Source: an uncultured archaeon (GTDB lineage Archaea > Asgardarchaeota > Hermodarchaeia > Hermodarchaeales > Hermodarchaeaceae). Taken from it: 64,000 nt of DNA. Shown here piece after piece: positions 1 to 9,422 of the stretch. The notes under the pieces were generated by a model. The model worked only from the letters and a program-made list of their open reading frames with translations. It did not search any database and was not told the DNA's origin. Location: NCBI GenBank assembly GCA_964347045.1, contig CAYFXC010000004.1, positions 65,650-129,649 of the forward strand, in the 5' to 3' direction. Position 1 is the stretch's first letter, and every line of letters begins with the position of its first letter. A program made the position numbers and the translations under genes.

Positions 1-131
1 TCTTCTAATCACCCTCTAAACTGAACAATCACTAAATCTTATCTTGAAACCCTCTAGTTAGTACTTTAGGCGTGGTTGGGCAAAGTCCTAAAAGCCCTAA
101 GCCCTAACATCCCTACAGGCGGTCGTTTGAA

Positions 132-1487
132 ATGTCAAATGAAGAGCCCGCAGGTTATTTAGGTAATGCGCAGCAAGCCCTTAACAAAGCAAAGATCCAA
201 GTTGGTGACCTAATCGTCATCCAAACAATAGATAATACCTTTGAAGGTATTGTTATTCCTCGCGCTGAAATCGGAGCGGATGATCAACATATCATCCTCA
301 AACTTGATTCAGGATACAATATAGGTATTCACGTCGACAATATTCAACATCTCAAGCGACTAAAAGCAGGGAAGAAAGTTCAACCCGAACTTCCTTCCAT
401 AGCTCGAAAAACAAAGAAAGGTCTACCCTGGGTTAGTATTCTAAGCACCGGAGGAACTATTGCTAGCAGAGTTGATTACCATACAGGTGCAGTATATCCT
501 GCATTATCTGTGGATGACTTATATACTGTTGTCCCTGAACTGGGAAACTTAGCGAACATCCGAGCAGAAGTCCTTTTCAGCATATTTAGTGAAAACTTGC
601 AACCTAGCCACTGGACCACAATTGCTAAACAGACGGCAAAGCACCTTGATAATTCAGAAGGTGTTGTTATTGCTCATGGAACCGATACAATGGGATATAC
701 TGCAGCGGCATTGAGTTTTGCACTCCAAAACCTCCCACGCCCTGTGATTCTCACCGGTTCTCAACGTTCATCCGATCGACCCTCATCCGATGCCGCACTG
801 AATTTAACTGGTGCTGTTATTGCAGCTTGTCAAGCTCCTTTCGCTGAAGTAGTTATTGCCATGCACAAATCGCCCAATGACACCGCCATCGCCCTTCACC
901 CCGGAACTCAAGTTCGAAAATGCCATACCAGTCGTCGTGATGCATTCTTGACAATAAATTCTGATCTGCTAGGAGAAGTCAAAGATGGGAAAGTGTACAT
1001 GCTTGTCGATCAGTCTGCTTTTCAACATCGCGACTCGAAGAAGGTCCTAAGATTACAACCTGAATTTGATTCGAAAGTTGGTCTTGTAAAAACTACTCCA
1101 GGAATGACAGTAGACCTAATAAATTCGCTTATCGATCACAACTACCACGGAATTGTGCTTGAGGGCACAGGATTGGGTCATGCCCCGAAATCCCTATTTG
1201 AGGTCATTGATCGAGCCCGAGAGGAGCAAATACCGATTGTTATGTCATCACAGTGTATTTGGGGACGCGTTCAGATGCGCGTTTACCGCACTGGAGTAGA
1301 ATTAGTTCAACGTGGAGTTATTCCCGTAGAGGATATGATTGCTGAGACAGCCTATGTGAAGCTGATGTGGGTACTTGCACAGACTCAAGATTTGTTTGAG
1401 GTTCGTTCACGCATACAAGAAAATTTTGTTGGAGAAATGACGAATTGTTCTAAACGCAGTCAATTCGAAGGGATGAACGATCAATGA
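132..1487 (+). CDS. gatD: Glu-tRNA(Gln) amidotransferase subunit D
   Basis: N-terminal GatD domain (KLDSGYNIG), asparaginase motifs TGGTIASRVDY, HGTDT, SQRSSDRPSSD; overlaps gatE. Confidence 0.97.
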   Translation: MSNEEPAGYLGNAQQALNKAKIQVGDLIVIQTIDNTFEGIVIPRAEIGADDQHIILKLDSGYNIGIHVDNIQHLKRLKAGKKVQPELPSIARKTKKGLPWVSILSTGGTIASRVDYHTGAVYPALSVDDLYTVVPELGNLANIRAEVLFSIFSENLQPSHWTTIAKQTAKHLDNSEGVVIAHGTDTMGYTAAALSFALQNLPRPVILTGSQRSSDRPSSDAALNLTGAVIAACQAPFAEVVIAMHKSPNDTAIALHPGTQVRKCHTSRRDAFLTINSDLLGEVKDGKVYMLVDQSAFQHRDSKKVLRLQPEFDSKVGLVKTTPGMTVDLINSLIDHNYHGIVLEGTGLGHAPKSLFEVIDRAREEQIPIVMSSQCIWGRVQMRVYRTGVELVQRGVIPVEDMIAETAYVKLMWVLAQTQDLFEVRSRIQENFVGEMTNCSKRSQFEGMNDQ

Positions 1488-3391
1488 CAAAAATCGATTA
1501 TGCAAAAGTCGGAGCGCTCATTGGTATTGAGGTCCATCAACAATTAGATACAAAGACGAAGTTATTTTGTAACTGTCCCACCGAAATCCGAGAAGATGAC
1601 CCACATTTTACGTTTATCCGACGATTACGACCCACTCAAAGCGAACTCGGAGAGGTGGATCCTGCAGCACTCTTCGAGTTTCAAAGAGGTCGTGTTCATA
1701 TTTACGAGAACTATGATGATAGCATCTGTTTAGTTGAACAGGATGAAGAACCACCTCATCTCCTTGATAAGGAAGCTGTGGATTTTGCACTCGAAATTTC
1801 TTTACTGATGAATGCTCAACCCGTCGATGAGATCCAGGTTATGCGAAAGCTAGTAATTGATGGATCCAATACAACAGGATTTCAGCGAAGTGTCGTTATA
1901 GCATTTGGAGGGTCAATTGATGTTAATGGATTTGCGGTGCCAATTCAAACCATTGGAGTCGAAGAAGATGCTGCCCGGAAAATCCGAGAAGAGGGAACCC
2001 AAACGTACTGGCGTCTAGACCGACTTGGGATTCCACTTATAGAAGTAGCAACTGCACCTGTTATGAAGACTCCAGAACAGGTTCAAGCCACAGCGCTCCG
2101 CATAGGACAAATCTTCCGAGTTACAGGAAAAGTAAAACGAGGGCTAGGAACTATTCGCCAAGACATCAATGTTTCAGTGAAGGGGGGTGCCATAATTGAA
2201 ATCAAAGGAGTCCAAAAACTTAACCTGATAGGACAAGTTGTCCAATTTGAAGTTCAACGTCAGGTCGAACTCCTCAACCTCCGAGAAGAACTAAAGGAGC
2301 GAGGTGTTCGTATCGGACACATCAAACAAACTATTCACAATGTCACTCCGCTCTTTCTAAAAAGTGAAAACAAAGTCATCAAAACCGCCTTGAAACGTGA
2401 GGAAGGAGTATATGCCCTAATTCTTCCTGGCTTTGCCGGATTGGTGGGTAAAGAGATTCAACCAGGACGCCGATTGGGTAGTGAATTCGCAGATTATGCC
2501 AAGTTCTGGGGGGGCGTTCAAGGACTATTTCACACTGATGAACTTCCCAATTATGGTATTACAGCTAGTGAAGTAAGTAAATTGCGAACTCATTTGAAAG
2601 CAAAAGATAAGGATGCTGTAATCATTGTTGCTGCATCGAAATCCGCTTCCACCGATGCACTTAAGGCAGTGGCCAAACGTGCACAACAAACCTTGAAAGG
2701 TGTTCCAACTGAAACCCGGGGACCATTAGCAGACGGAACTACTCGATACTCTCGTCCCCGACCAGGTGCCGCCCGAATGTACCCTGAAACAGATGTGGCA
2801 CCTGTACCAGTAACTTCAAAGCGGCTTGAAAGAATTCGCCATGGATTACCTGAGTTGCCTGAAGAAAAATTACTGAAATTCCGTGATCAGTACCACCTTA
2901 GTGAAGAATTAGCAGAAATAATGATCCGATCTCTTCGCATTGACTTGTTTGAATACATCATAAAAAAACACCCCACATTGGCAGTAATAGCAGCGTCCAC
3001 GCTAGAATCGACATGGCGAAACCTAGAGCGCGAAGGGATCAACGTAGATGATATTCCAGAAGAGCAGATTCTCCTTCTCTTTGACCGATTAAACGAAGAG
3101 AAATTTGCGAAGGAGGCAATTGAAGACCTTTTATTATGGCTCACTAAGCATCCCAAAGGAACCATTGACGATGCCATCAAAGATCTGGAGTTAGGCGTCA
3201 TTGCTAAGGAGGAACTCAAAGCGATTATTGACCAAATCGTACGAGCAAACTCGGCAATGGTCTCAGAGAGAGGACAACGAGCTATCGGTCCATTAATGGG
3301 AATGGTGATGAAGGAAGTTAGAGGACGCGCTGACGGAAAGCTTGTAAACGAACTTCTTCAAAATGCTGTACAAGCGCAGCTGAATTCCTAA
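1484..3391 (+). CDS. gatE: Glu-tRNA(Gln) amidotransferase subunit E
   Basis: GIEVHQQL, DGSNTTGFQR, RLDRLGIPLIEVAT, RGLGTIRQD, RPRPGAARMYPETD, C-terminal YqeY-like domain. Confidence 0.97.
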   Translation: MTKIDYAKVGALIGIEVHQQLDTKTKLFCNCPTEIREDDPHFTFIRRLRPTQSELGEVDPAALFEFQRGRVHIYENYDDSICLVEQDEEPPHLLDKEAVDFALEISLLMNAQPVDEIQVMRKLVIDGSNTTGFQRSVVIAFGGSIDVNGFAVPIQTIGVEEDAARKIREEGTQTYWRLDRLGIPLIEVATAPVMKTPEQVQATALRIGQIFRVTGKVKRGLGTIRQDINVSVKGGAIIEIKGVQKLNLIGQVVQFEVQRQVELLNLREELKERGVRIGHIKQTIHNVTPLFLKSENKVIKTALKREEGVYALILPGFAGLVGKEIQPGRRLGSEFADYAKFWGGVQGLFHTDELPNYGITASEVSKLRTHLKAKDKDAVIIVAASKSASTDALKAVAKRAQQTLKGVPTETRGPLADGTTRYSRPRPGAARMYPETDVAPVPVTSKRLERIRHGLPELPEEKLLKFRDQYHLSEELAEIMIRSLRIDLFEYIIKKHPTLAVIAASTLESTWRNLEREGINVDDIPEEQILLLFDRLNEEKFAKEAIEDLLLWLTKHPKGTIDDAIKDLELGVIAKEELKAIIDQIVRANSAMVSERGQRAIGPLMGMVMKEVRGRADGKLVNELLQNAVQAQLNS

Positions 3392-3399
3392 ATGAGAAT

Positions 3400-3583
3400 A
3401 AGAAATCTCAAGGTCTTGATTAAATATCGCAGCAAGAGCGCCAAGAACAATTGTGACTATAGTTAAGGTACCATCAAACGCCCCAATTACGTTATATCGG
3501 CGAGTAAGCGAACCCAGATCAGTCATTCGCCAGTATTCCTTCCGACATTTAATTCGTCCCATTGAGTTTGCCATAATTGTCAA
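3400..3583 (-). pseudogene. N-terminal remnant of a VIT1/CCC1-family (archaeal TIGR00267-like) membrane protein
   Basis: RRYNVIGAFDGTLTIVTIVLGA resembles the RRY..(N/G)xFDG.LT first helix of this family; similarity stops after one TM helix and the frame runs into the gatE antisense strand. Confidence 0.5.
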
Positions 3584-3698
3584 CTTAACCTGTCATCTAA
3601 TAACGAATACAGGAAATCAATTATATTGAAAATGTCCTGAACCTGAAAAGGACTCACACTATTGCCCAATGATCGATGAAACTGGTTTGGGAGAGTAG

Positions 3699-5189
3699 TT
3701 AAGGATTTAGAAATCGAGGAATTTCACTTATTAAATGACGAGTTTGATTGCCTGTATCTCGGTCACGAATAGTTGCAGTTTCGTCTTCAAGACACTGTGG
3801 GTCAATTGTGACTGCTTTTGGTATTCCAATCTCATCTGCTCGGGCATATCGACGACCAATCCGTCCACTCGCATCATATAGTACAGCAAGCTTCTGCTGT
3901 TTACAGACAGTATATAGGGCAGTAGCTATTTCCTCAAGCGCAGGGCGATTCAGAAGGGGGAGGATAACAGCATGATATGGAGCGAGTTGAAGAGGGAGCT
4001 GGAACCAAGACCATCCACGTGATTCATCCTTTGGACGATAGGTATGTTCTAAAATTGCATAGATTATACGATCAATACCAAAAGATGGTTCAATGACATG
4101 TGGAACTACTTTATTCCCTTCAATGTCAAGACTCAGATCTTTGTTACTCCCTTGTATATGAGATTGGAGATCATAATCTTGCCGATAGGCATTCCCAATA
4201 ACTTCTTTCCAGCCAAAGCTTAGGTGAATTTCTAAATCAAAGTTCCCACCACTATAATGAGGCGTTTCCTCCGGACGCATATGGCGGAATCGAATGGCAG
4301 TCTCAGGAATTCCCAGTAATTTGAAGAATTCTACTTCATCACCGAGAATACAGGCCATCCATTGGTTGGGGACATACTTCTTTTCAAATGCGTCTTGAAC
4401 CGTAAGACGCTTGGAAGAATAGTCAGTGTTTCCTTTTTTCATTGCCTTTTCTTGTATTTCACGTGTGACAAGATTAAGGGGAACTTTTGCTAATTGCTCA
4501 TAGAATGGACAGGCATCAAGTTCGGTGGGATTAATGAAATATTCAATTTCCATTTGTCCAAATTCACGAACCCGTACGATGCTTTGACGGGGTGATATTT
4601 CGTTTCGATATGACCGCCCGATTTGAGCAATCCCGAAGGGTAGCTTTGCCCGCATAGCAGTTTGGACGCGTTTGAAACCCAGAAAGATGTTTTGAGCTGT
4701 TTCGGGGCGAAGAAAAGCTTGACGTCTTTCACCGCCAACAGTTGTCCCAAACATTAGCCCAAAACTTTTAACTTCACATAGGAGATCTCCACAGACCGGG
4801 CAGCGAATTTTGTTTTCTTGAATTATCGCTTCTAATTCTTTGTTAGACTTTCCTTCGGCGGGAATCTTTAGCCGTTCTTCGATAAGTTGATCAATTCGTG
4901 TCACATGCCCTTTTGGACATTCAGCTGATGGATCAGTAAAATGATCTAAGTGTCCAGAGGCTTTGAAAACTGGGTTGGGTAGAAGAGTGTTTCCGCTTAC
5001 CTCGTAAACAATGTCACGTGTTTCAATGAATCGTGTTCGCCAAAGGTTAATGAGATTATTTTGGATTCGTGCCCCAATGGGTCCGAAATCATAGAATCCC
5101 GCAAGTCCTCCATAGATTTCCGCTGTAGGGTAAATGATTCCGCGACGCAAGGATACCGTCATTACTTCTTCAAGGAGTGACTTCACCAT
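3699..5189 (-). CDS. glyS: Glycine--tRNA ligase (archaeal/eukaryotic alpha2 type)
   Basis: EIYGGLAGFYDFGPIG, LRPETAQ, RNEISPR, REFGQMEIE, PHVIEPSFGIDR, anticodon domain GRRYARADEIG; start moved to ATG 5189. Confidence 0.96.
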   Translation of the reverse strand: MVKSLLEEVMTVSLRRGIIYPTAEIYGGLAGFYDFGPIGARIQNNLINLWRTRFIETRDIVYEVSGNTLLPNPVFKASGHLDHFTDPSAECPKGHVTRIDQLIEERLKIPAEGKSNKELEAIIQENKIRCPVCGDLLCEVKSFGLMFGTTVGGERRQAFLRPETAQNIFLGFKRVQTAMRAKLPFGIAQIGRSYRNEISPRQSIVRVREFGQMEIEYFINPTELDACPFYEQLAKVPLNLVTREIQEKAMKKGNTDYSSKRLTVQDAFEKKYVPNQWMACILGDEVEFFKLLGIPETAIRFRHMRPEETPHYSGGNFDLEIHLSFGWKEVIGNAYRQDYDLQSHIQGSNKDLSLDIEGNKVVPHVIEPSFGIDRIIYAILEHTYRPKDESRGWSWFQLPLQLAPYHAVILPLLNRPALEEIATALYTVCKQQKLAVLYDASGRIGRRYARADEIGIPKAVTIDPQCLEDETATIRDRDTGNQTRHLISEIPRFLNP

Positions 5190-5391
5190 TGAAAATCCAC
5201 ATCCAACAAGGAGGCATGGCACTATATTAAATTCTGGTGAGTCAATTTTCTGTTTTATTCCTTTCTGAAAAGGAGCTGATGACTCGAGAGGGTGACGAAA
5301 CATTTTAAGCAATATGTGGGAGTGGTTAATTACCGCTCAGAGAAACGTAGTTGCTACGTTTGCTCATTTGTGGGAAAGGTGTAATTCCGAA

Positions 5392-6096
5392 ATGTCACAG
5401 GAAGAATTTGACGAAATGTACTGGAACGGCGTCCGTGACGCTTTGCGCATGTCTCAAACGTTCCTCTTTTGGAAAGAAAAAAATCCGAACGAGGATCGCA
5501 CGATTGAGACTTTTGTCAGCGAAGCCCTTGAAGCGGTACGTCAAAAATCCGCTCCACAATTGAAAAAGATGCTCGGGATAACTTTTGGTGAAGACGAAGC
5601 AGCAGTGGATGAAATGCTACCCGGCCTTCAAGAGATTGAAGCAGTAAAGGTAGCTCCTGAACCGGAGCCCGAGCTGGTTCCTGAGCCTATTCTAGAGCCT
5701 GAGGCGGTACCACCGCCTGTCCCTCCGGTTCCTGAACCTGAAGCGGCCCCTGAACTCATCCCTGAACCAACGCTCATTGAAGCGCCACCTGAGCCTGAAG
5801 TCTTTCTTGCAGAAGAACCCGAACCAGAGCCAGCCCCGGCACCAACACGAACTTTTGACTTTGGCGAACCCGAACCAGAGCCAGCCCCGGCACCAACCTT
5901 TGAACCAGCACCTGAGTTTGAACCCGCTCCAGAACCAGCATTAGAACCCGCTCCAGAACCCGCTCCAGAACCCGCTCCAGAACCCGCTCCAGAACCAGCA
6001 TTAGAACCAGCCCCAGCCCCTACTGAACCCACAGCTGCTGAAGAAACGGAAGAGAGCGATGAAGAAGAACCTAAACGACGAACTTTCTTCTTCTAA
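5392..6096 (+). CDS. Hypothetical protein: small N-terminal helical domain plus long Pro/Glu-rich (EPAP) low-complexity tail
   Basis: ATG 5392 preceded by AAGGTG; YWNGVRDALRM domain, then PE/EPAP repeats, acidic stretch and terminal KRRTFFF. Confidence 0.8.
   Translation: MSQEEFDEMYWNGVRDALRMSQTFLFWKEKNPNEDRTIETFVSEALEAVRQKSAPQLKKMLGITFGEDEAAVDEMLPGLQEIEAVKVAPEPEPELVPEPILEPEAVPPPVPPVPEPEAAPELIPEPTLIEAPPEPEVFLAEEPEPEPAPAPTRTFDFGEPEPEPAPAPTFEPAPEFEPAPEPALEPAPEPAPEPAPEPAPEPALEPAPAPTEPTAAEETEESDEEEPKRRTFFF
5815..6015 (+). repeat. Coding tandem repeats: 32-bp direct repeat (5815-5846, 5866-5897) and eight 12-bp units (5920-6015)
   Basis: GAACCCGCTCCA x5, GAACCAGCATTA x2 and GAACCAGCCCCA encoding EPAP/EPAL. 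Confidence 0.9.
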
Positions 6097-6141
6097 ACTA
6101 AAACTAGACTTTCCAAACGTCATTCACCCTCTGAGAGGAGG

Positions 6142-6528
6142 TTAGGTTGATCGGAATAGGCGTGAGAGATGTTTGGTTGCCTGCTCAACTAATAAAAGCA
6201 TGGCGCCTAAATGCTGTTTTTTGAAAACCGCCACCATCACCATATCATCGTTGATTCCTCGTAAGATTAAACTCCCTGCTTGTGTATCCAAAATTATTCT
6301 TGCGGGCGTCAATGTGAATAACTTATCCGACAAGTCAACTGCTACATTAAGTAATGTTGCTAAACTTGCTGAGAGCAGGGTTTCATCCACGTGTGCTCGA
6401 ATCCGTGCTGTTACCGGTAATCCCGTCTTCATTAACAAGACTACTGCCACAAGCCCCCCAGCTCGTTCATCAAAATCCTCTAATACCTTATCTACATCGG
6501 CCATTAACTGTTCTGCATCACTCGACAA
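6142..6528 (-). CDS. Roadblock/LC7 (MglB-like) domain protein
   Basis: About 125-aa alpha-beta pattern AVVLLMKTGLPV...LLSASLATLL...IILDTQAGSLIL...LGAMLL; TTG 6528 after AGGGGTG. Confidence 0.85.
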   Translation of the reverse strand: MSSDAEQLMADVDKVLEDFDERAGGLVAVVLLMKTGLPVTARIRAHVDETLLSASLATLLNVAVDLSDKLFTLTPARIILDTQAGSLILRGINDDMVMVAVFKKQHLGAMLLLVEQATKHLSRLFRST

Positions 6529-6674
6529 ACAAACACCCCTAAATAAACTAACCACGCAAACTAAGAAAATAACCGTGTTTAAGAGTTTGGGCAACTCCCA
6601 AACACAACTCAACATAGCACAAGAAGAACCATCGATGAGACATTCGATCCTAATTACGCGCAAAACGCAAGCCG

Positions 6675-6992
6675 CTATTGAATCGCCGCGAGTTCTTTCT
6701 TAATTTCCTCTCGAGGCCAAATACCTATGTGTGTTTGAACCGGCTCACCATTCTTAAACAAAATTAATGTAGGGATTGCACGAACCTGATATTTCATCGA
6801 GGTCTCTGGCGCCTGATCTGCATCAATCTTTGCAATCCGCACTCTACTCGTATCCAATTCCTTCTCCAAATCCTCTAAAATCTGGGCCTGCATTTTACAT
6901 GGACCACACCAGATCGTGTAGATATCTAGGAGTACGACTTCATGTTCCTTAAGAAATGCATCAATAGTTGTATCGGTAAGTTCTTCAACCAT
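6675..6992 (-). CDS. trxA: Thioredoxin
   Basis: WCGPC active site, IPTLILFKNG. Confidence 0.95.
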   Translation of the reverse strand: MVEELTDTTIDAFLKEHEVVLLDIYTIWCGPCKMQAQILEDLEKELDTSRVRIAKIDADQAPETSMKYQVRAIPTLILFKNGEPVQTHIGIWPREEIKKELAAIQ

Positions 6993-7113
6993 TTCTATAC
7001 CTCGTTATTGAATGGGACTACGGTTTTCCGTTTTATGGTTTACTCTTTTGTTGTTTTTTATATCGACCTTCCTTAATTTCACTTGTCTTAGATTTTTCGA
7101 AATCTCGTATCCT

Positions 7114-7632
7114 TTAAGCATTTTCGAGGAGTGTTGCGATGTTGAGTCCTTTGCCGATATCGCCGAGGTATCTGATAAAGCTGGCTAAGAGCTGATTAAG
7201 GCCGAGACCGCGATGAGCTTGAGTGGGAAAAACGGGGGCGCGGATGTTCAATAGTGTCTCGATGTGTTTAGGGTGTATTGCGCCAGGGAGATCCTGTTTG
7301 TTTGCCGCGACAGCGACGGGGGGTGGATGGGAACCAAAGATTTCACGAAGGTACCGTTCTCCTTGAATGATGGTATGAGGATTAGCACTATCAACAACAA
7401 GAATGACACCGTCCGTGCCACCAGAAAGGGCTTTACGAACGAGCCCAAATTGTTGTAGACCTGGGCTACCGAAGAGATGAGCTTTGACATTTTGATATTC
7501 AAGGGTGCCGAAATCAAGGCAGACTGTGCAGCCATTGACATCGGTGGATACGGTGTGATTGGTAACCCTCTTAATGAGTGTAGTTTTGCCGACGCCTTGA
7601 GGTCCAATGACAAGGATCTTGAGATGCCGCAC
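7114..7632 (-). CDS. Small GTPase, MglA/ATP_bind_1-like
   Basis: G1 GPQGVGKT, TVCLDFG, G3-like LFGSPG, G4 NKQD, G5-like TQA. Confidence 0.88.
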   Translation of the reverse strand: MRHLKILVIGPQGVGKTTLIKRVTNHTVSTDVNGCTVCLDFGTLEYQNVKAHLFGSPGLQQFGLVRKALSGGTDGVILVVDSANPHTIIQGERYLREIFGSHPPPVAVAANKQDLPGAIHPKHIETLLNIRAPVFPTQAHRGLGLNQLLASFIRYLGDIGKGLNIATLLENA

Positions 7633-7999
7633 AATGCCTACCTCGATGGTTAAGCCGTTGGTTACGTGGTCTTAAGCCTTAAGGTTTGCGTTCTCTCCCC
7701 CATTTAGAGCTCTTTTAAAGATGTGATATAGAATAGGGGTCGCTGGAAATCCGCGCGGAAACCACAATGGCTTGGTGCTGTGGAGGGATGTTGGGGTGGA
7801 GAAATTTAAACAGTTCATTCGAGGAGGAGGGGAGGGAAATATTGGGATAGGAGGGAGTTCCAAGTTCCTCAACATCCTATCTCCGCGATTTTACGTAATT
7901 GGGATTTTTGTCGGCTCTTTATTATTAAGCCTTATGGCTGTTGTGCTATCATAGCCTTGGAGAAGGAGAAAAACGAGAAATTTGTTGGATTCAGGCTAT

Positions 8000-8329
8000 C
8001 TATTCTTCAACGTAAACAACGGTGACATATTCGATTACTGCAAACCGGTCTTTGCTGCGAGAAATAAGTTTGAGATCATCACGCAGTGCGTTAAGGTGGA
8101 GGAACCGTTTGATATAGGTGCGGAGATGCTTTTTACTAGGATGATGGGCTGTATCACTGCGCACATAGACCTCATTATCAGCCACGGTGACTGTTACATT
8201 TTTGGCGAGTTTTTCGGTAAGGAAGTTTACCATGGCAGTTCCAAGTTCACCACCATGATTGAGCATGTCATTGATTTCGATTGTAATGAAAGTCTTTCCT
8301 GGTTCTGGTTCAGATGTTGATGTTGACAT
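8000..8329 (-). CDS. rpl22e: Ribosomal protein eL22 (L22e)-like
   Basis: FLTEKL...VYVRS...SKKHLRTYIKRFLHLNALRDDLKLISRSKDRF aligns by eye with eukaryotic eL22 [32 protein letters not shown]. Confidence 0.75.
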   Translation of the reverse strand: MSTSTSEPEPGKTFITIEINDMLNHGGELGTAMVNFLTEKLAKNVTVTVADNEVYVRSDTAHHPSKKHLRTYIKRFLHLNALRDDLKLISRSKDRFAVIEYVTVVYVEE

Positions 8330-8395
8330 AGTGTAAGTCCCTCATTAGGTTGAGTATTGTCCTTACCAAAAGTAAGTCCTTTAAAAATTCTATGC

Positions 8396-8944
8396 TTAGT
8401 CACGATGGTCATTTTCTGATTCTATTGAATTTGAAGAAATTAATAGTGGTGGAGGATTTTCCTCTTGGAGTGCATGGCGTTTTTCCCGCCAGCGAATGAG
8501 CCGAGGGGCAAGAGCCCCAAAGCCAAGGGTATAACCCGCATAAAGAATGGGAACAAGAAGAATGTAAAAAAGACTCATGGAAGACAGCACATAACCTACT
8601 GAATAGCCAAGAAGAAAACCGGTTAGAGCACGAACTGGGTTGCGGCTTTCTCGCATTTGCAAGGTTTGCGTGGACCAATCAAAAACGGCAGGGAGGCTGA
8701 GAACAAATGCACCCAAGAACGTTATTGGGTTGATGGAGATAAATATGATGAACGTATGTAAGTAAAGTGCGAAAATTACTCCGACTAAGAGTGCAGAACA
8801 CCGAGCGCAAATATGAAGTGTATGGCCGCGGAACGAGATAGACCAGGTGCGATGCATGTAAGGAGGATCGTGATGACTGATGAGCAAATGGAGAGTATCA
8901 AGAATTCGTCGTTTCCGCGATTTTTTGGGAGGTTGTTCTGTCAC
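8396..8944 (-). CDS. DUF2085-family membrane protein
   Basis: HRTW...ICARC...PAVFDWSTQ...RESRNPVRALTGFLLG signature; 4 TM segments. Confidence 0.8.
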   Translation of the reverse strand: MTEQPPKKSRKRRILDTLHLLISHHDPPYMHRTWSISFRGHTLHICARCSALLVGVIFALYLHTFIIFISINPITFLGAFVLSLPAVFDWSTQTLQMRESRNPVRALTGFLLGYSVGYVLSSMSLFYILLVPILYAGYTLGFGALAPRLIRWREKRHALQEENPPPLLISSNSIESENDHRD

Positions 8945-9422
8945 GATAACACCAGCAATTCTTGGCAGTACCCTGGTTTCTATTGATTAAAAACTCATTA
9001 CTCAACCTAGAGTTTCTCGCAGCGGGAACCACATGTACTCATTTAGGTATACAAATTGCCTTCTACTACCCTTCTCGCCACAGTTTTTGGTATTTTGTTG
9101 AACGATAAGAAGTTGTTAGTCTGTGAGACGCCAATACGGCTTCATAAGATGCAAAGGCGAATGGTGCCCGTAAATCATAATCGCCTTGTCGACAGAACTT
9201 AGTTTATCCAGTGCTAACGATGCTAACGTTAATCAAAGGATACACCTAAAATTTGTGAGATACTTTGGCAATGATGAAGCTATGAAGCAACAAACAATTG
9301 TGTCATCAATCTTATTTGATACAATAATTGAGAGCAAATGATTTACTAGTAATGATTCTAAATAACAGAACAAGTTTAAAGGAAGAAGAATCTGTTGGAG
9401 AGCCTATAAGGAAGGAAGGAAG

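Noticed and set aside
5920-6015. CRISPR array
   Set aside because: 12-bp in-frame coding repeats with no spacers and no cas genes
5628-6032. Gly/Ser/Ala-rich and VLER-repeat ORFs on the minus strand
   Set aside because: Antisense shadows of the EPAP repeat gene
7672-7954. Short ORFs between the GTPase and eL22 genes
   Set aside because: No motifs, weak starts, overlapping on both strands; probably non-coding
9150-9200. Fluoride riboswitch-like GGCGAATGGTG
   Set aside because: Lacks the rest of the consensus and a plausible downstream gene
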